A stretch of DNA of 64,000 nucleotides, from contig CAVUIF010000010.1 of NCBI GenBank assembly GCA_963741455.1, forward strand, positions 183,850 to 247,849, written 5' to 3'. Below the pieces are notes generated by a model that searched no databases, was not told the DNA's origin, and saw only the letters and a list, made by a program, of their open reading frames with translations. Positions 36,043 through 47,911 of the stretch are shown one piece after another. This DNA is from an uncultured Thermoleophilaceae bacterium (GTDB lineage: Bacteria > Actinomycetota > Thermoleophilia > Solirubrobacterales > Thermoleophilaceae). The position numbers and the translations under genes are program-made. Within the stretch, counting starts at the first letter, position 1. Every line of letters starts with the position of its first letter.

Positions 36043-36726
36043 GTGCCCGGCCGCCCTCCCGGCCGGATCGCCCCGACCGAAAGGACTCGCGTGGTGCACA
36101 GACTTCCGTCCTGGCGCGGGCTGGACCCCTCGCCCTGGCCGCCCGGAGCCGACGACGACGCCATCGCCCGCCTGCTCGACCTCGCCGAGGAAGCCGCCCC
36201 CGAGGTCGCCGCTCACATGGAGCGCACGTCACGGCTGATCCGCCTCTTCGCCGTGGAGGCGGGCCTGCCCGACACGCTTGTCCGGACCGTGGTCCGGACC
36301 GCGCGGCTGCACGACATCGGCAAGCTCGCGATCCCGCCGTGGGTGCTGGAGAAACGCGGGCCGCTCAACGAGGTGGAGCGCCGCCTCGTCCGCGGACATC
36401 CCGTGATGGGGCAGAAGATGGTCGAGCGAAAGCCGGCGCTCATGTCGCTCGGCCCGCTGATCCGCTCGACGCACGAGCGATGGGACGGGAACGGCTATCC
36501 CGACAGGCTCAAGGGCGCCGCGATCCCGCTGCCGTCGCGGATCGTCGCCGTTGGGGACGCGTTCGCCGCGATGACGAACAGGCGTCCCCACAGCCCGCCC
36601 AAGACGGCCGAGAAGGCGCTCGCGGAGCTGCAAAGGGGCGCGGGTGCACAGTTTGACCCCGGGGCCGTTGCGCTGTTCTGCGACGTGTTCGAGCTGCGCA
36701 TTGACCTGATTGCCATGGGGGCGTAG
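36043..36726 (+). CDS. HD-GYP domain protein (putative cyclic-di-GMP phosphodiesterase)
   Basis: ARLHDIGKLAIP...VRGHPVMGQKMV...IRSTHERWDGNGYPDRLKGAAIPLPSRIVAVGDAFAAMTNRRPH contains the HD and GYP motifs. Confidence 0.8.
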   Translation: MPGRPPGRIAPTERTRVVHRLPSWRGLDPSPWPPGADDDAIARLLDLAEEAAPEVAAHMERTSRLIRLFAVEAGLPDTLVRTVVRTARLHDIGKLAIPPWVLEKRGPLNEVERRLVRGHPVMGQKMVERKPALMSLGPLIRSTHERWDGNGYPDRLKGAAIPLPSRIVAVGDAFAAMTNRRPHSPPKTAEKALAELQRGAGAQFDPGAVALFCDVFELRIDLIAMGA

Positions 36727-36743
36727 CGTGGCCAAAGAGCCTC

Positions 36744-38303
36744 GTGTCGGCAATCGCCGCTGGCCACCGCGAGTCCACGACCCCGGACGGGGTACTGGTC
36801 CAGGAAGCTGCTGCGGGCAGCGGGACCTCGTACGGCGATTTGTACGACCGCTACGCGGAGCAGGTCTACAACTACTGCCTGCGGGTGACGGGATCGCCCG
36901 ACGACGCGGCCGACGCCACGCAGGAGGCGTTCGTCAACGTGCTGCGCCGGCTCCAGGATGACGACAAGCCGGTGCTGGAGTTCTCCTCTTACCTGTTCGC
37001 GGCGGCACGGAATGAGAGCTACGCGCTGATGAGGCGGGGCGCGCGGGTCGAGCCCTCGGACACGCTTCCGGAGCAGCCGGCCGTCACGGTCGACGTCGAG
37101 ACCCAGCCCGAGCGAGCGGCGATCCTGCACGACTCGCAGGAGGCCGTGCGGCGGGCGAACGCGACGCTGCCCCCGCGACACCGAGAGGTGCTCGCGCTCC
37201 GCGAGCTCGGCGACCACTCCTACGGCGAGATCGGTCAGATCATGGGGATCTCGGAGAACAGCGCGGCGCAGCTGATCTGGCGCGCGCGGTCGAAGCTCCG
37301 CGAGGCGATGACGGCCGGCGCGGTGGCCTCGGTGGTGGCGACCTCGACGGACTGCGAGCGCGCCCAGGTCCTGCTCAGCCGCATCCAGGACGGCGAGCCG
37401 GTGGACGAGCTCGACCGGCACTGGCTGGACCGGCATCTCGACGAGTGCGGCTCGTGCCGCGCGGCCAGGGGGATGCTGCTCGAGGTCGGTGCCTTCTACT
37501 GCGCGTGGGTGCCGGTCGCGGCGGGCCTGGCGCTGAAGGCGGACACGCTCACGGCCGCCGGCAGCCTGATCGGCGCCGACTGGAGCGGTGTGGCCGCGAG
37601 TTCCGCGGGTGGAGGCGGGGCCTCCGGTGGTGGAGCGGGCGGAGGAGCGGGCGGAGCGGGCGGGACCGGCGGAGCCGGTGGCATCGGCGTGGGCGGAGCG
37701 GTCGCCGGCGTGGCGACGCTCGCCGCCGTCGGCCTGGCGCTGTCGGCGGTGCTCCCGGGTGGCGACCCGAAGCTCGAGCGGAACACCGTGCCGCCCCCGA
37801 AGGAGCCCGCCGCGAGCGAACCGGCGCAGAGCGCAGACAGCCCCGCTGCCGCGCCCGCGAAGATCTCGTCGCTGGCGCGCGGTCCGCGGGGCGAGGCCGC
37901 GCCGTTCGTCGCGTTCAGCCCGGCAGCGGTCCCACCAGGCGACGAGACGGCCGCGACGCCGTCGCCGGACTCATCCCCATCACCGCCGAGCCGCGAGCCG
38001 CGCGGACGCGGCTCGCCGGAGCCGCGTGAGGATTCGCCGGCGACTGACTCGCCGGTAGTGCCCGGGCCACCCGGACCCGATGGTGGACCGGCGGCGCCGG
38101 AAGGGCGGTCCGGCGGCGAAGCCCCGCCCGATCCACGCGAGCCTCCGGTCGACCCGAAGCCCCCGCCGGATCCGCCCGACACGAAGCCGGACCCAACCGA
38201 CCCGCCGCCCCCGCCTGACGACTGCACCTGGCCCGGCCGCGGCCAGGGCCCCGAACAATGCCCGCCGGGACACGACGACGGCGACCGCGGTCCCGACGGG
38301 TAG
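36744..38303 (+). CDS. ECF sigma factor fused to a zf-HC2 anti-sigma-like domain, TM segment(s) and a Pro-rich extracytoplasmic tail
   Basis: Sigma region 2 (YDRYAEQVYNYCLRVTGSPDDAADATQEAFVNV) and region 4 (LPPRHREVLALRELGDHSYGEIGQIMGISENSAAQLIWRARSKL), then HLDECGSCRAA (HxxxCxxC), a Gly-rich/TM segment (VAGVATLAAVGLALSAVL), then ~190 aa Pro/Asp/Ser-rich. Confidence 0.75.
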   Translation: MSAIAAGHRESTTPDGVLVQEAAAGSGTSYGDLYDRYAEQVYNYCLRVTGSPDDAADATQEAFVNVLRRLQDDDKPVLEFSSYLFAAARNESYALMRRGARVEPSDTLPEQPAVTVDVETQPERAAILHDSQEAVRRANATLPPRHREVLALRELGDHSYGEIGQIMGISENSAAQLIWRARSKLREAMTAGAVASVVATSTDCERAQVLLSRIQDGEPVDELDRHWLDRHLDECGSCRAARGMLLEVGAFYCAWVPVAAGLALKADTLTAAGSLIGADWSGVAASSAGGGGASGGGAGGGAGGAGGTGGAGGIGVGGAVAGVATLAAVGLALSAVLPGGDPKLERNTVPPPKEPAASEPAQSADSPAAAPAKISSLARGPRGEAAPFVAFSPAAVPPGDETAATPSPDSSPSPPSREPRGRGSPEPREDSPATDSPVVPGPPGPDGGPAAPEGRSGGEAPPDPREPPVDPKPPPDPPDTKPDPTDPPPPPDDCTWPGRGQGPEQCPPGHDDGDRGPDG

Positions 38304-38315
38304 GCTCGCGCCCCG

Positions 38316-38873
38316 TTGGCGACCGTCTCCTACACGCGCATGGCCGACATGACGGAGGAGGACCTCCGGCTCGTCAACCAGGACGCAGACGAGGACGCCC
38401 GGGAGCTGCCGAACCGGCTGATGGCCGCGGTGGCGGCGCTGGAGGATTTCCAGGGACCGGTCAAGGTCACCCGCCTCGAGCACTCGCTCCAGTCGGCCAC
38501 CCGCGCGCTCCGCGCGGGGAAGGACAACGAGTACGTGGCGGCGGCGCTGCTCCACGACATCGGCGACACCCTCGCGCCGCACTCACACGGCGAGATGGTG
38601 GCTGCGGTGCTCAGGCCGTTCGTGAGCGAGCGCGTCTGCTGGATCATCGAGAAGCACGGGCTGTTCCAGGCCTACTACTACGCCCACCTGATGGGCGAGG
38701 ACCGGAACGCCCGCGACCGCTACGCCGACCATCCCTGGTACGACGACTGCGTCGAGTTCTGCGAGCACTTCGACCAGAACTGCTTCGACCCCGACTACGA
38801 CTCACTGCCGCTGGAGCACTTCCGGCCGATCGTGGAAGAGGTCTTCAGCCGCCCGCCCGAACCAGCAGCCTAA
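38316..38873 (+). CDS. HD-domain protein of the PhnZ/MIOX-like (putative diiron oxygenase) type
   Basis: VTRLEHSLQSATRALRAGKDNEYVAAALLHDIGDTLAPHSHGEMVAAVL...IIEKHGLFQAYYYAH resembles phosphonate-operon-associated HD proteins. TTG start; an ATG alternative lies 8 codons in. Confidence 0.65.
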   Translation: MATVSYTRMADMTEEDLRLVNQDADEDARELPNRLMAAVAALEDFQGPVKVTRLEHSLQSATRALRAGKDNEYVAAALLHDIGDTLAPHSHGEMVAAVLRPFVSERVCWIIEKHGLFQAYYYAHLMGEDRNARDRYADHPWYDDCVEFCEHFDQNCFDPDYDSLPLEHFRPIVEEVFSRPPEPAA

Positions 38874-38881
38874 CTTCAACG

Positions 38882-40735
38882 ATGTCAGCGCACGCGTTGA
38901 CTTCGGTGGCGGCCGAGAGGATGCTCGCCTGGATGGTCGCGGACACGTCGGCCACAGGGCAGGACTCGCACGAACCGCCGGAGGGCGACTCGGAGCCAGG
39001 ACTCGCGGTTCGAAACGAGACGGCTCGCAAGGTCTTGATCCGCGGCGACGGTGGCTTGGAGATCGTCGTCGCTCCGTTCGACGAGAGGCGGCTCTTGCCC
39101 ACGCAGCGGCGCCATGTGGACGAGGAGGTCCTGCGGAGCTCCCGCTACCTGTCGATTCCAGACCCGGCTGACGATCAATCCGGCGACTCCAGTCCGAACA
39201 CGTGGCTCGCGCTCCTGGGGCTGCTCGTCTGGGCAGTGCCCATCTGGGCAATAGTGGGAGCGTTCGTCGGTGGCCCGGGCTACTGGCAAGCCGGCGTGCT
39301 TGGGATCGTCGGGTTCACGGTCGTGATGCTCGCGGGTTGGAGGCTTTCGAAGTCGCACCAAGACGATCCGGGCGCCATAACGTCACGGCTGTCGAGGGCG
39401 GTGGACTGGACCACGCAGCAGGTCTATCTCGGCGCCAACGTCGCCATCGGCGTACTGCTCCCCGCCGCGGTTATCATCTTCTCCGCCCAGTTGCTCGACG
39501 TCGTCGACACGATTCGGTCGGCGGAGCCGGGCGCCGACCTGCATCCGCACGTGTTGACGCTCGTGGGACGTGCGCTCCAGCTCGTGTTCATCGCGGTCGC
39601 CTCGTTGCTCCCCGCGCTGCTGTTCTTCTTGTTCGACCGCGAGCAGCTCTCGACTCAGCGCGACCGCTTCATGCGGCAGATCGTCCGCTTCGACGGCAGC
39701 GTGGAGACTCGGGCGGAGATCCTGGCCAAGTACGGCCATGCGATGGAAGAGGCCTATGGCCCGGAGGACGCGAGCGCCGGCCGCCTACTGCCCGGGAGGC
39801 GCTCGCCGGTGCTGGTCGCGACCGTCGTGATGACCCTGGGGTGGGTCATGACCCTTGCGCATGCCGACGCCGAGCTCCTCGCGAATGAGACTGAAGTGTT
39901 CACGCTGCTCGAGCCGCCGCGGGAGCCCGAGGTATATGCGTTCCTGGGCGCATATGTGTATGCCCTCGGGACGGTCCTGCGTGGATACGTGCGCAAGGAC
40001 CTGCGCCCGAAGACGTACAGCCACATCACCGTACGGATCATCCTCGTGATCGTGCTCGCCTGGGTGCTCGAGCTTCAGTGGAGCGGCGACGTGCTGCTGG
40101 CGATCGTCTTCGTGGTGGGCCTCGTCCCGGAGACGGCGTTCGTGCTCATCAACGAGTCCCTTCGAAGCGCCACGAAGTTGTCTCCGTTGGAGGAGGAGCC
40201 GGCTCCGCTGACGAAGCTCGAGGGGATCGACCTGTACGACCGCGCGCGGCTCATGGACGAGGGCGTCACGAGCGTGGAGGGGCTGGCTCACCACGACGTG
40301 CCCGAGCTGATGCTCCAGACCCGGATCCATGCCCCGCAGCTCGTCGATTGGGTGGACCAGGCGATTCTCTACCTGCACGCCGGGCCGGACAAGCACAAGG
40401 ATGATGAAGGGGCGACGCGCGAACTCGCGCTCGCGCAGCTGCGCGCCTACGGCATCCGCACGGCGACGGACTTGGTTACGGCGGTCGAACTCGCCCGCGA
40501 GCGACACGACCGCGGCCTGGACCATGTGCTCCCTGCGAGACACGGAGATACCGACCCCCTGCCCCCGCGAATCCAGGTCATCCACGACGTCATCTGCGAC
40601 GAGGAGTGGATCCCGAACCTCCGTAGGTGGCACAGCATGCGGGTGATGAAGCAGCCGCCCCACGAGATCGAGGCGCCGCGGACGGCGCAGCGCGTCGCTC
40701 CTCGAGCACCCGCCCAGGAGCCGCCGTCACCCTGA
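38882..40735 (+). CDS. hypothetical ~617-aa multi-TM protein with C-terminal helix-hairpin-helix-like (DUF4332-like) soluble region
   Basis: ATG 38882 lies 8 nt after the HD gene stop. About 8 hydrophobic helices. The C-terminal LTKLEGIDLYDRARLMDEGVTSVEGLAHHDVPELMLQT is HhH-like. There are visibly more A/T-ending codons (ATA, TAT, GTA) than in the neighbours. Confidence 0.6.
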   Translation: MSAHALTSVAAERMLAWMVADTSATGQDSHEPPEGDSEPGLAVRNETARKVLIRGDGGLEIVVAPFDERRLLPTQRRHVDEEVLRSSRYLSIPDPADDQSGDSSPNTWLALLGLLVWAVPIWAIVGAFVGGPGYWQAGVLGIVGFTVVMLAGWRLSKSHQDDPGAITSRLSRAVDWTTQQVYLGANVAIGVLLPAAVIIFSAQLLDVVDTIRSAEPGADLHPHVLTLVGRALQLVFIAVASLLPALLFFLFDREQLSTQRDRFMRQIVRFDGSVETRAEILAKYGHAMEEAYGPEDASAGRLLPGRRSPVLVATVVMTLGWVMTLAHADAELLANETEVFTLLEPPREPEVYAFLGAYVYALGTVLRGYVRKDLRPKTYSHITVRIILVIVLAWVLELQWSGDVLLAIVFVVGLVPETAFVLINESLRSATKLSPLEEEPAPLTKLEGIDLYDRARLMDEGVTSVEGLAHHDVPELMLQTRIHAPQLVDWVDQAILYLHAGPDKHKDDEGATRELALAQLRAYGIRTATDLVTAVELARERHDRGLDHVLPARHGDTDPLPPRIQVIHDVICDEEWIPNLRRWHSMRVMKQPPHEIEAPRTAQRVAPRAPAQEPPSP

Positions 40736-40781
40736 GGCGGCGCCTGCTCGCGGACGCGATCCCGGCCCGCTGACTCAACAC

Positions 40782-43593
<2,812 letters not shown>

Positions 43594-43610
<17 letters not shown>

Positions 43611-44169
43611 GACCTCTCCTCGTGTGAGCGACTCGTCGGGACTTCCCCAGGGGGGAAAGACCGATGTTGCCCCTGGGGTCGGACGGACCCGCCTCGCCGT
43701 CGAGCGCCAGCTGATCGGCGCCCGGCAGGGGGTCCTCCTTGTATCTGCGGACGACCGCCTCGAGCTCGTCGAGGTCGGCGAGATTGCGGTAGACGGAGGC
43801 GAACTGGATGGCCGCGACGGGGTCGATCAGGGCGAGCCCGCGCTCGGCGAGATCGCCGACCTGGCTCGCCTCGACCTCGGGGCCGGAGCGCCTCACCGCC
43901 GCCGCGATCTGGTCCGACAGCGCCTCCAGCTGCTCCGAGCTCACGGGCCGCTTGTTGGCCGCCCGCTCGAGCCCTCCCAGGAGCTTCCGGCTGTCGAACC
44001 GCTCGCGGCGGCCGTCACGCTTGAGGACGGTCACGTTCGCTTCCGCCCGCTCGTACGTGGTGAAGCGGTTGCCGCAGCCCTCGCACTCGCGACGGCGGCG
44101 GACGGCATCGCCCGTGTTCCGGCTGTCGACCACGCTCGTGGCCTGGGAGTCGCAATAGGGGCAGTGCAC
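43594..44169 (-). CDS. nrdR: transcriptional repressor NrdR
   Basis: (GTG)HCPYCDSQATSVVDSRNTGDAVRRRRECEGCGNRFTTYER zinc ribbon plus an ATP-cone. The 3' end overlaps the nrdJ start by 17 nt. Confidence 0.92.
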
Positions 44170-44179
44170 ACAGGCAATT

Positions 44180-44227
44180 CTACTAGCCCTAGTGCCTGAT
44201 TCCTCCCCCGGGCACTACATATTGTGC
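44180..44227 (-). promoter_or_regulatory. two tandem NrdR boxes upstream of nrdR-nrdJ
   Basis: Box A 44212-44227 GCACTACATATTGTGC is a near-perfect match to the NrdR-box palindrome (acaCwAtATaTwGtgt type). Box B 44180-44195 CTACTAGCCCTAGTGC is weaker, with conserved arms. The centre-to-centre distance is 32 bp, the usual three-helical-turn spacing. Confidence 0.55.
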
Positions 44228-44230
44228 CTT

Positions 44231-45070
44231 CTATGCGGGATGAATCGTCTCGACGATGGCCTCGGAGCGCGGGCGGCCGCCGTCGGCGGGTGCGTCGAAG
44301 CTATCCCAGACGAACTCCGGGTCGCGAAGGAAGCTCGCGAAACCCGCGCTAGGTGCGTGAAGATTGAGCCAGGTGGCTTCCCCGGGCCCCTCGTTCCGGA
44401 AGGTGTGGATCACCTCGGGCGGCGCGAGCACGAACGTCCCGGGCCCGGCGGTGATCCGCTCGACCTCGGGGCCGATGCCGAAGTTCAGCTCGCCCGTGAG
44501 GATGAAGAACGCGTCGCAGTGCTCCTTGTGGATGTGCGGCCCCGGGCCCTCCTCGCCCGCCACGTAGCGCGTCCAGGTCACGCACACCTCCGGCAGGTCG
44601 GCGAGTATCCGGATGGTCCGCTCGGGCCGGTCCGTCACGACCTCGCCCTCCTCGGCGAACGCGAGCGCGATCGCATCGCTCGCCGGGCGGCCCGGCTCCG
44701 GCGGGTCGAAGATGTTGTCCGCCTCCTCCGGCGGCCGCTGGCCGAACAGGTACTCGGCGAAGTCCATCGCGGGCGCGTGGATGTTGAGGAAGGAGCCCTG
44801 CTCGGTCGTTTCGTGCTCGTAGCGGTGGATCACCTCGGGCGGGATGAAGATCGCGGTGCCGGCGCCGTGGGTCGCGCGCGTGTCGCCGAGCTCGAACGCG
44901 TACTCGCCCTCGAGCACCATGAAGCCGTCGGCGTGCTCGTGGTGGAGGTGGCGGCCGGGGCCGCCCTCGTTCCGCGAGCGCATGTACGTGAGCACGATCT
45001 CGGGGCGGTCGGCGAGCACCTTCACGGTCGCCTCGGGGATGTCCACGAGCGTCTGGCCGGTCCGTGACAT
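44231..45070 (-). CDS. bicupin-domain protein
   Basis: From ATG 45070 there are two cupin repeats (GPGRHLHHEHADGFMVLEGEYAFELGD...IFIPPEVIHRYEH and GPGPHIHKEHCDAFFILTGELNFGIG...FVLAPPEVIHTFRNE). The upstream 147 aa of the track ORF look off-frame. Confidence 0.7.
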   Translation of the reverse strand: MSRTGQTLVDIPEATVKVLADRPEIVLTYMRSRNEGGPGRHLHHEHADGFMVLEGEYAFELGDTRATHGAGTAIFIPPEVIHRYEHETTEQGSFLNIHAPAMDFAEYLFGQRPPEEADNIFDPPEPGRPASDAIALAFAEEGEVVTDRPERTIRILADLPEVCVTWTRYVAGEEGPGPHIHKEHCDAFFILTGELNFGIGPEVERITAGPGTFVLAPPEVIHTFRNEGPGEATWLNLHAPSAGFASFLRDPEFVWDSFDAPADGGRPRSEAIVETIHPA

Positions 45071-45205
45071 GCGCGCGAGCCTAACCAGGCACCCCAAACT
45101 GCGCAGGCTGGCGCCCATGACCTTGTGCCGTTCGGACGAGAGGGTCATAGTGCTGGGCAGAGCGCCGTACGCTCGCCAAGTCCCCGGCCCAGGACGAGGT
45201 GGGAT

Positions 45206-45538
45206 GTGACCCAGCTGGTCAAGATGGATCTCGCGGAAGGTGGCTCCGTGCTGGTGGAGGTCGCCGAGACGCAGACCGGTCCCGTAACGCGCGGAGGCCG
45301 GGCGGAGGACCTCATCACCGACGCCGGCGCGACGCTCGACAGCGCGCTCGACCAGCTCGGCCCGGTGGTGAGCGGCGTCCTCACGCGGCTGCGCGAGGCG
45401 GCCGACTGGCCGGACGATGTGACGGTCGAGTTCTCGATCAAGCTGTCGGCCGACGCCAACGTGATCATCGCCCGCACCGCGGGCGAGGCGAACTTCAAGA
45501 TCTCGATGCACTGGTCGCGCGCCGCCGAGGGCGGCTGA
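45206..45538 (+). CDS. trypco2-like (trypsin-co-occurring domain 2 family) small protein
   Basis: GTG 45206 is preceded by AGGACGAGG. VTQLVKMDLAEGGSVLVEVAETQTGPVTRGGRAEDLITDAGATLDSALDQLGPVVSGVLTRLREAADWPDDVTVEFSIKLSADANVIIARTAGEANFKISMHW follows the pattern I associate with trypco2/CU044_2847-type proteins. The stop overlaps the CHAT start (TGATG). Confidence 0.65.
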   Translation: MTQLVKMDLAEGGSVLVEVAETQTGPVTRGGRAEDLITDAGATLDSALDQLGPVVSGVLTRLREAADWPDDVTVEFSIKLSADANVIIARTAGEANFKISMHWSRAAEGG

Positions 45539-47905
45539 TGCCCGACACGATCCCCGAGTACGACGAGCTGAAGCTGCGCGTCGAGCCGCGGGGGTCGGGC
45601 CAGTACGACGTGGTGGCGTTCGCCCCGGACGGCGGCACCGCCACCGGTCACTTCGAGTCGCCCATCTCCGAGCTCGAGCTCGACAACTTCATCCTGCGCG
45701 TCGCGCGGCCGCGGAGCGTCCGCGCCTACCACTCGACGCACATGGAGGAGGCGAAGGAGCTCGGGCGGGAGCTGTTCGAGCACCTGATGGTCGACGACGT
45801 GGGCGACGTGTACCACGGCGCGCGCCGGGTGGCGGACACGAAGGGCCGCGGCCTCCGCATATCGCTCTCCATGACGGGCGCGCCGGAGCTGGCCGAGATC
45901 CCGTGGGAGCTCCTGTACGACCCGAGCGAGGCGTTCTTCCTCTCGCAGTCGATCTACACGCCGGTCGTGCGCTCGCTCGACCTGAAGAGCCCGCCCGAGG
46001 CGCGGAAGGTCACGCTGCCGCTCCAGGTGCTCGCGCTGGTGAGCGCGCCCCAGGGCTTCATCGCGCTCGACACCGAGGCCGAGCGGGCGAACCTGGAGCA
46101 GGCGCTCGAGCCGCTGATCGAGAGCGGCGCCGTCAAGCTCGAGTGGCTCGATACGGCGACCCTGGCCGAGCTCGACCGCCGGATCGCCTCGCCGGACGAG
46201 CTCCACATCATCCACTACATCGGGCACGGCGCCTACGACGAGAAGGGCACGAAGAGCGGCATCCTCGTGCTCGAGCGCGAGGACGGGCAGCCGCACGAGG
46301 TGACGGGCGAGGAGCTCGGCGGGCTGATGCGCGACGAGCGGAGCCTGCGGCTCGTGGTGCTGAACTCGTGCGAGGGCGCGCGCTCCTCGCACGTGGACCC
46401 GTTCTCGGGCGTGGCGTCGTCGCTGCTCCGGTGCGGCCTGCCGGCCGTGATCGGCATGCAGACGGAGATCACCGACGAGGCGGCGATCACCTTCTCGGAC
46501 CGGCTCTACACGGCGCTCGCCCAGGGCTTCCCGATCGACGCCGCCCTGGCCCAGGCGCGGCGGGCGATCTTCGCGGCCGGCCGCGAGGTGGAGTTCGGAA
46601 CGCCGGTGCTGTTCATGCGCGTGGCCGACGGGCGGATCTTCGACGTGACCGGCGCTCCCCCGCCGCCTCCGGTCGGGCGGCTCGAGGCGAAGCTGCGCCC
46701 GGAGCCGGCCGCGGTCCGGCCGGGCGCGACCGTCACCTGGAAGCTCGAGGTCCGGAACGCCGGCGAGTCGCCGCTGTCCGACGTGACGGCCCGGGACAGC
46801 GACGGCCAGACGCGCGCGGGGCCGTTCGGGCTCGAGCCGGGCGGGTCGCACGAGTGCACCTGGCCGGTGGTGGTGCACGTGCCGCTCGACGAGACGCGTG
46901 ACGGTCGGCGGCCGCGGCTCGGACGGGCGCGCCGTGAGCGCGCAGGCGGCCGCGCACGTGGGGGTGAACGAGCACACCGAGCGGCCGAAGTGGCTGTACG
47001 CGGGCGCGGCGGCGGTGGCGGCGGTGATCGCGGCGCTTGGGGTCGTGGCCCTGGCGGGCGGCGGGGATGACGGCGGCTCCTCACCGGACGTGCGCGTCTA
47101 CGACGCGCGGGCCACGGACGTGCCCGACCTGGACGTGCGCGGCGACAAGGCCGCCTTCCTGGCGCCGGTCGGCGATGTGGACAGGGAGATACGGCGGCTC
47201 AACCTGGGGAGCGGGGCAATGACTCCGGTCGTCGAGCCCGCCGTGCTCAGGAACCTCGATGTGGGGCTGGACGCCGCCGGTCATGCCCACCTCGTGTACG
47301 CGCGCTGCGACGAGAGCAACTCGTGCGACATCTTCACCAAGCCGATGACCGGCCCCGAGGAGCGGTCGTCGGTGTCGACCCGGGAGTGCAGCGAGGCCCG
47401 GCCCACCATGTCGAGCGGGATGCTTCTCTTCGCCCGCGTGGGCGAGGGCTGCGAGTCCGAGCTGCTCCTGAAGCCCCGCGGCGATGCGCCGGAACGGAGG
47501 ATCGCCGGGGCGACCGCGGGCAACGACCTGAACGACGGCCACGCGGTCTGGCTCACCGGGAGGACGCTCTTCGCGGGGCGTGTTGCCTCGAACGGCACCG
47601 TGACGCCGCAGGGCGAGATGACCGCCGAGGGCGGCGACTCGTTCAAGCCGCCGCTGGTGGTCGAGGACCGATTCGCCTACTTCGTCCACTCGCAGGGCTC
47701 CCAGAGCTTCATCGCGCGCGCGGAGCTGCCGCTGGGCGACTCGGAGATCCAGCACTACGTGCCCGGTGAGAACGTGACGATCGCGGAGGAGTCGCCCCAC
47801 TACGCGGTCACGGCGGGAACGCTCTTCACGACGAACTACCCGCAGCCGAACGGCGACCCGGGCAGCGGAGTGATCGTGCGGATCCGGAACCCGACGTTCG
47901 AGTAG
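45538..47905 (+). CDS. CHAT-domain (caspase-like) protease fused to a beta-sandwich domain, one TM helix and an extracytoplasmic beta-rich domain; either one +1 frameshift at 46895-46897 or two overlapping genes
   Basis: CHAT His/Cys dyad contexts LHIIHYIGHGAYD and LRLVVLNSCEGARS. This is followed by VTWKLEVRNAGESPLSDVTARDSDGQ...HECTWPVVVHVPLDET. After GAG ACG C GTG the next frame continues VTVGGRGSDGRAVSAQAAAHVGV...WLYAGAAAVAAVIAALGVVALAG (TM), then ~280 aa. The original frame decays into Arg/Gly-rich sequence. Confidence 0.7.
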
Positions 47906-47911
47906 GCGGGG

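Noticed and set aside
43611-44230. Cobalamin riboswitch upstream of nrdJ
   Set aside because: nrdJ uses B12 as a cofactor and is preceded directly by nrdR coding sequence. The only leader (44170-44230) is 61 bp, holds NrdR boxes and is too short for a B12 element.
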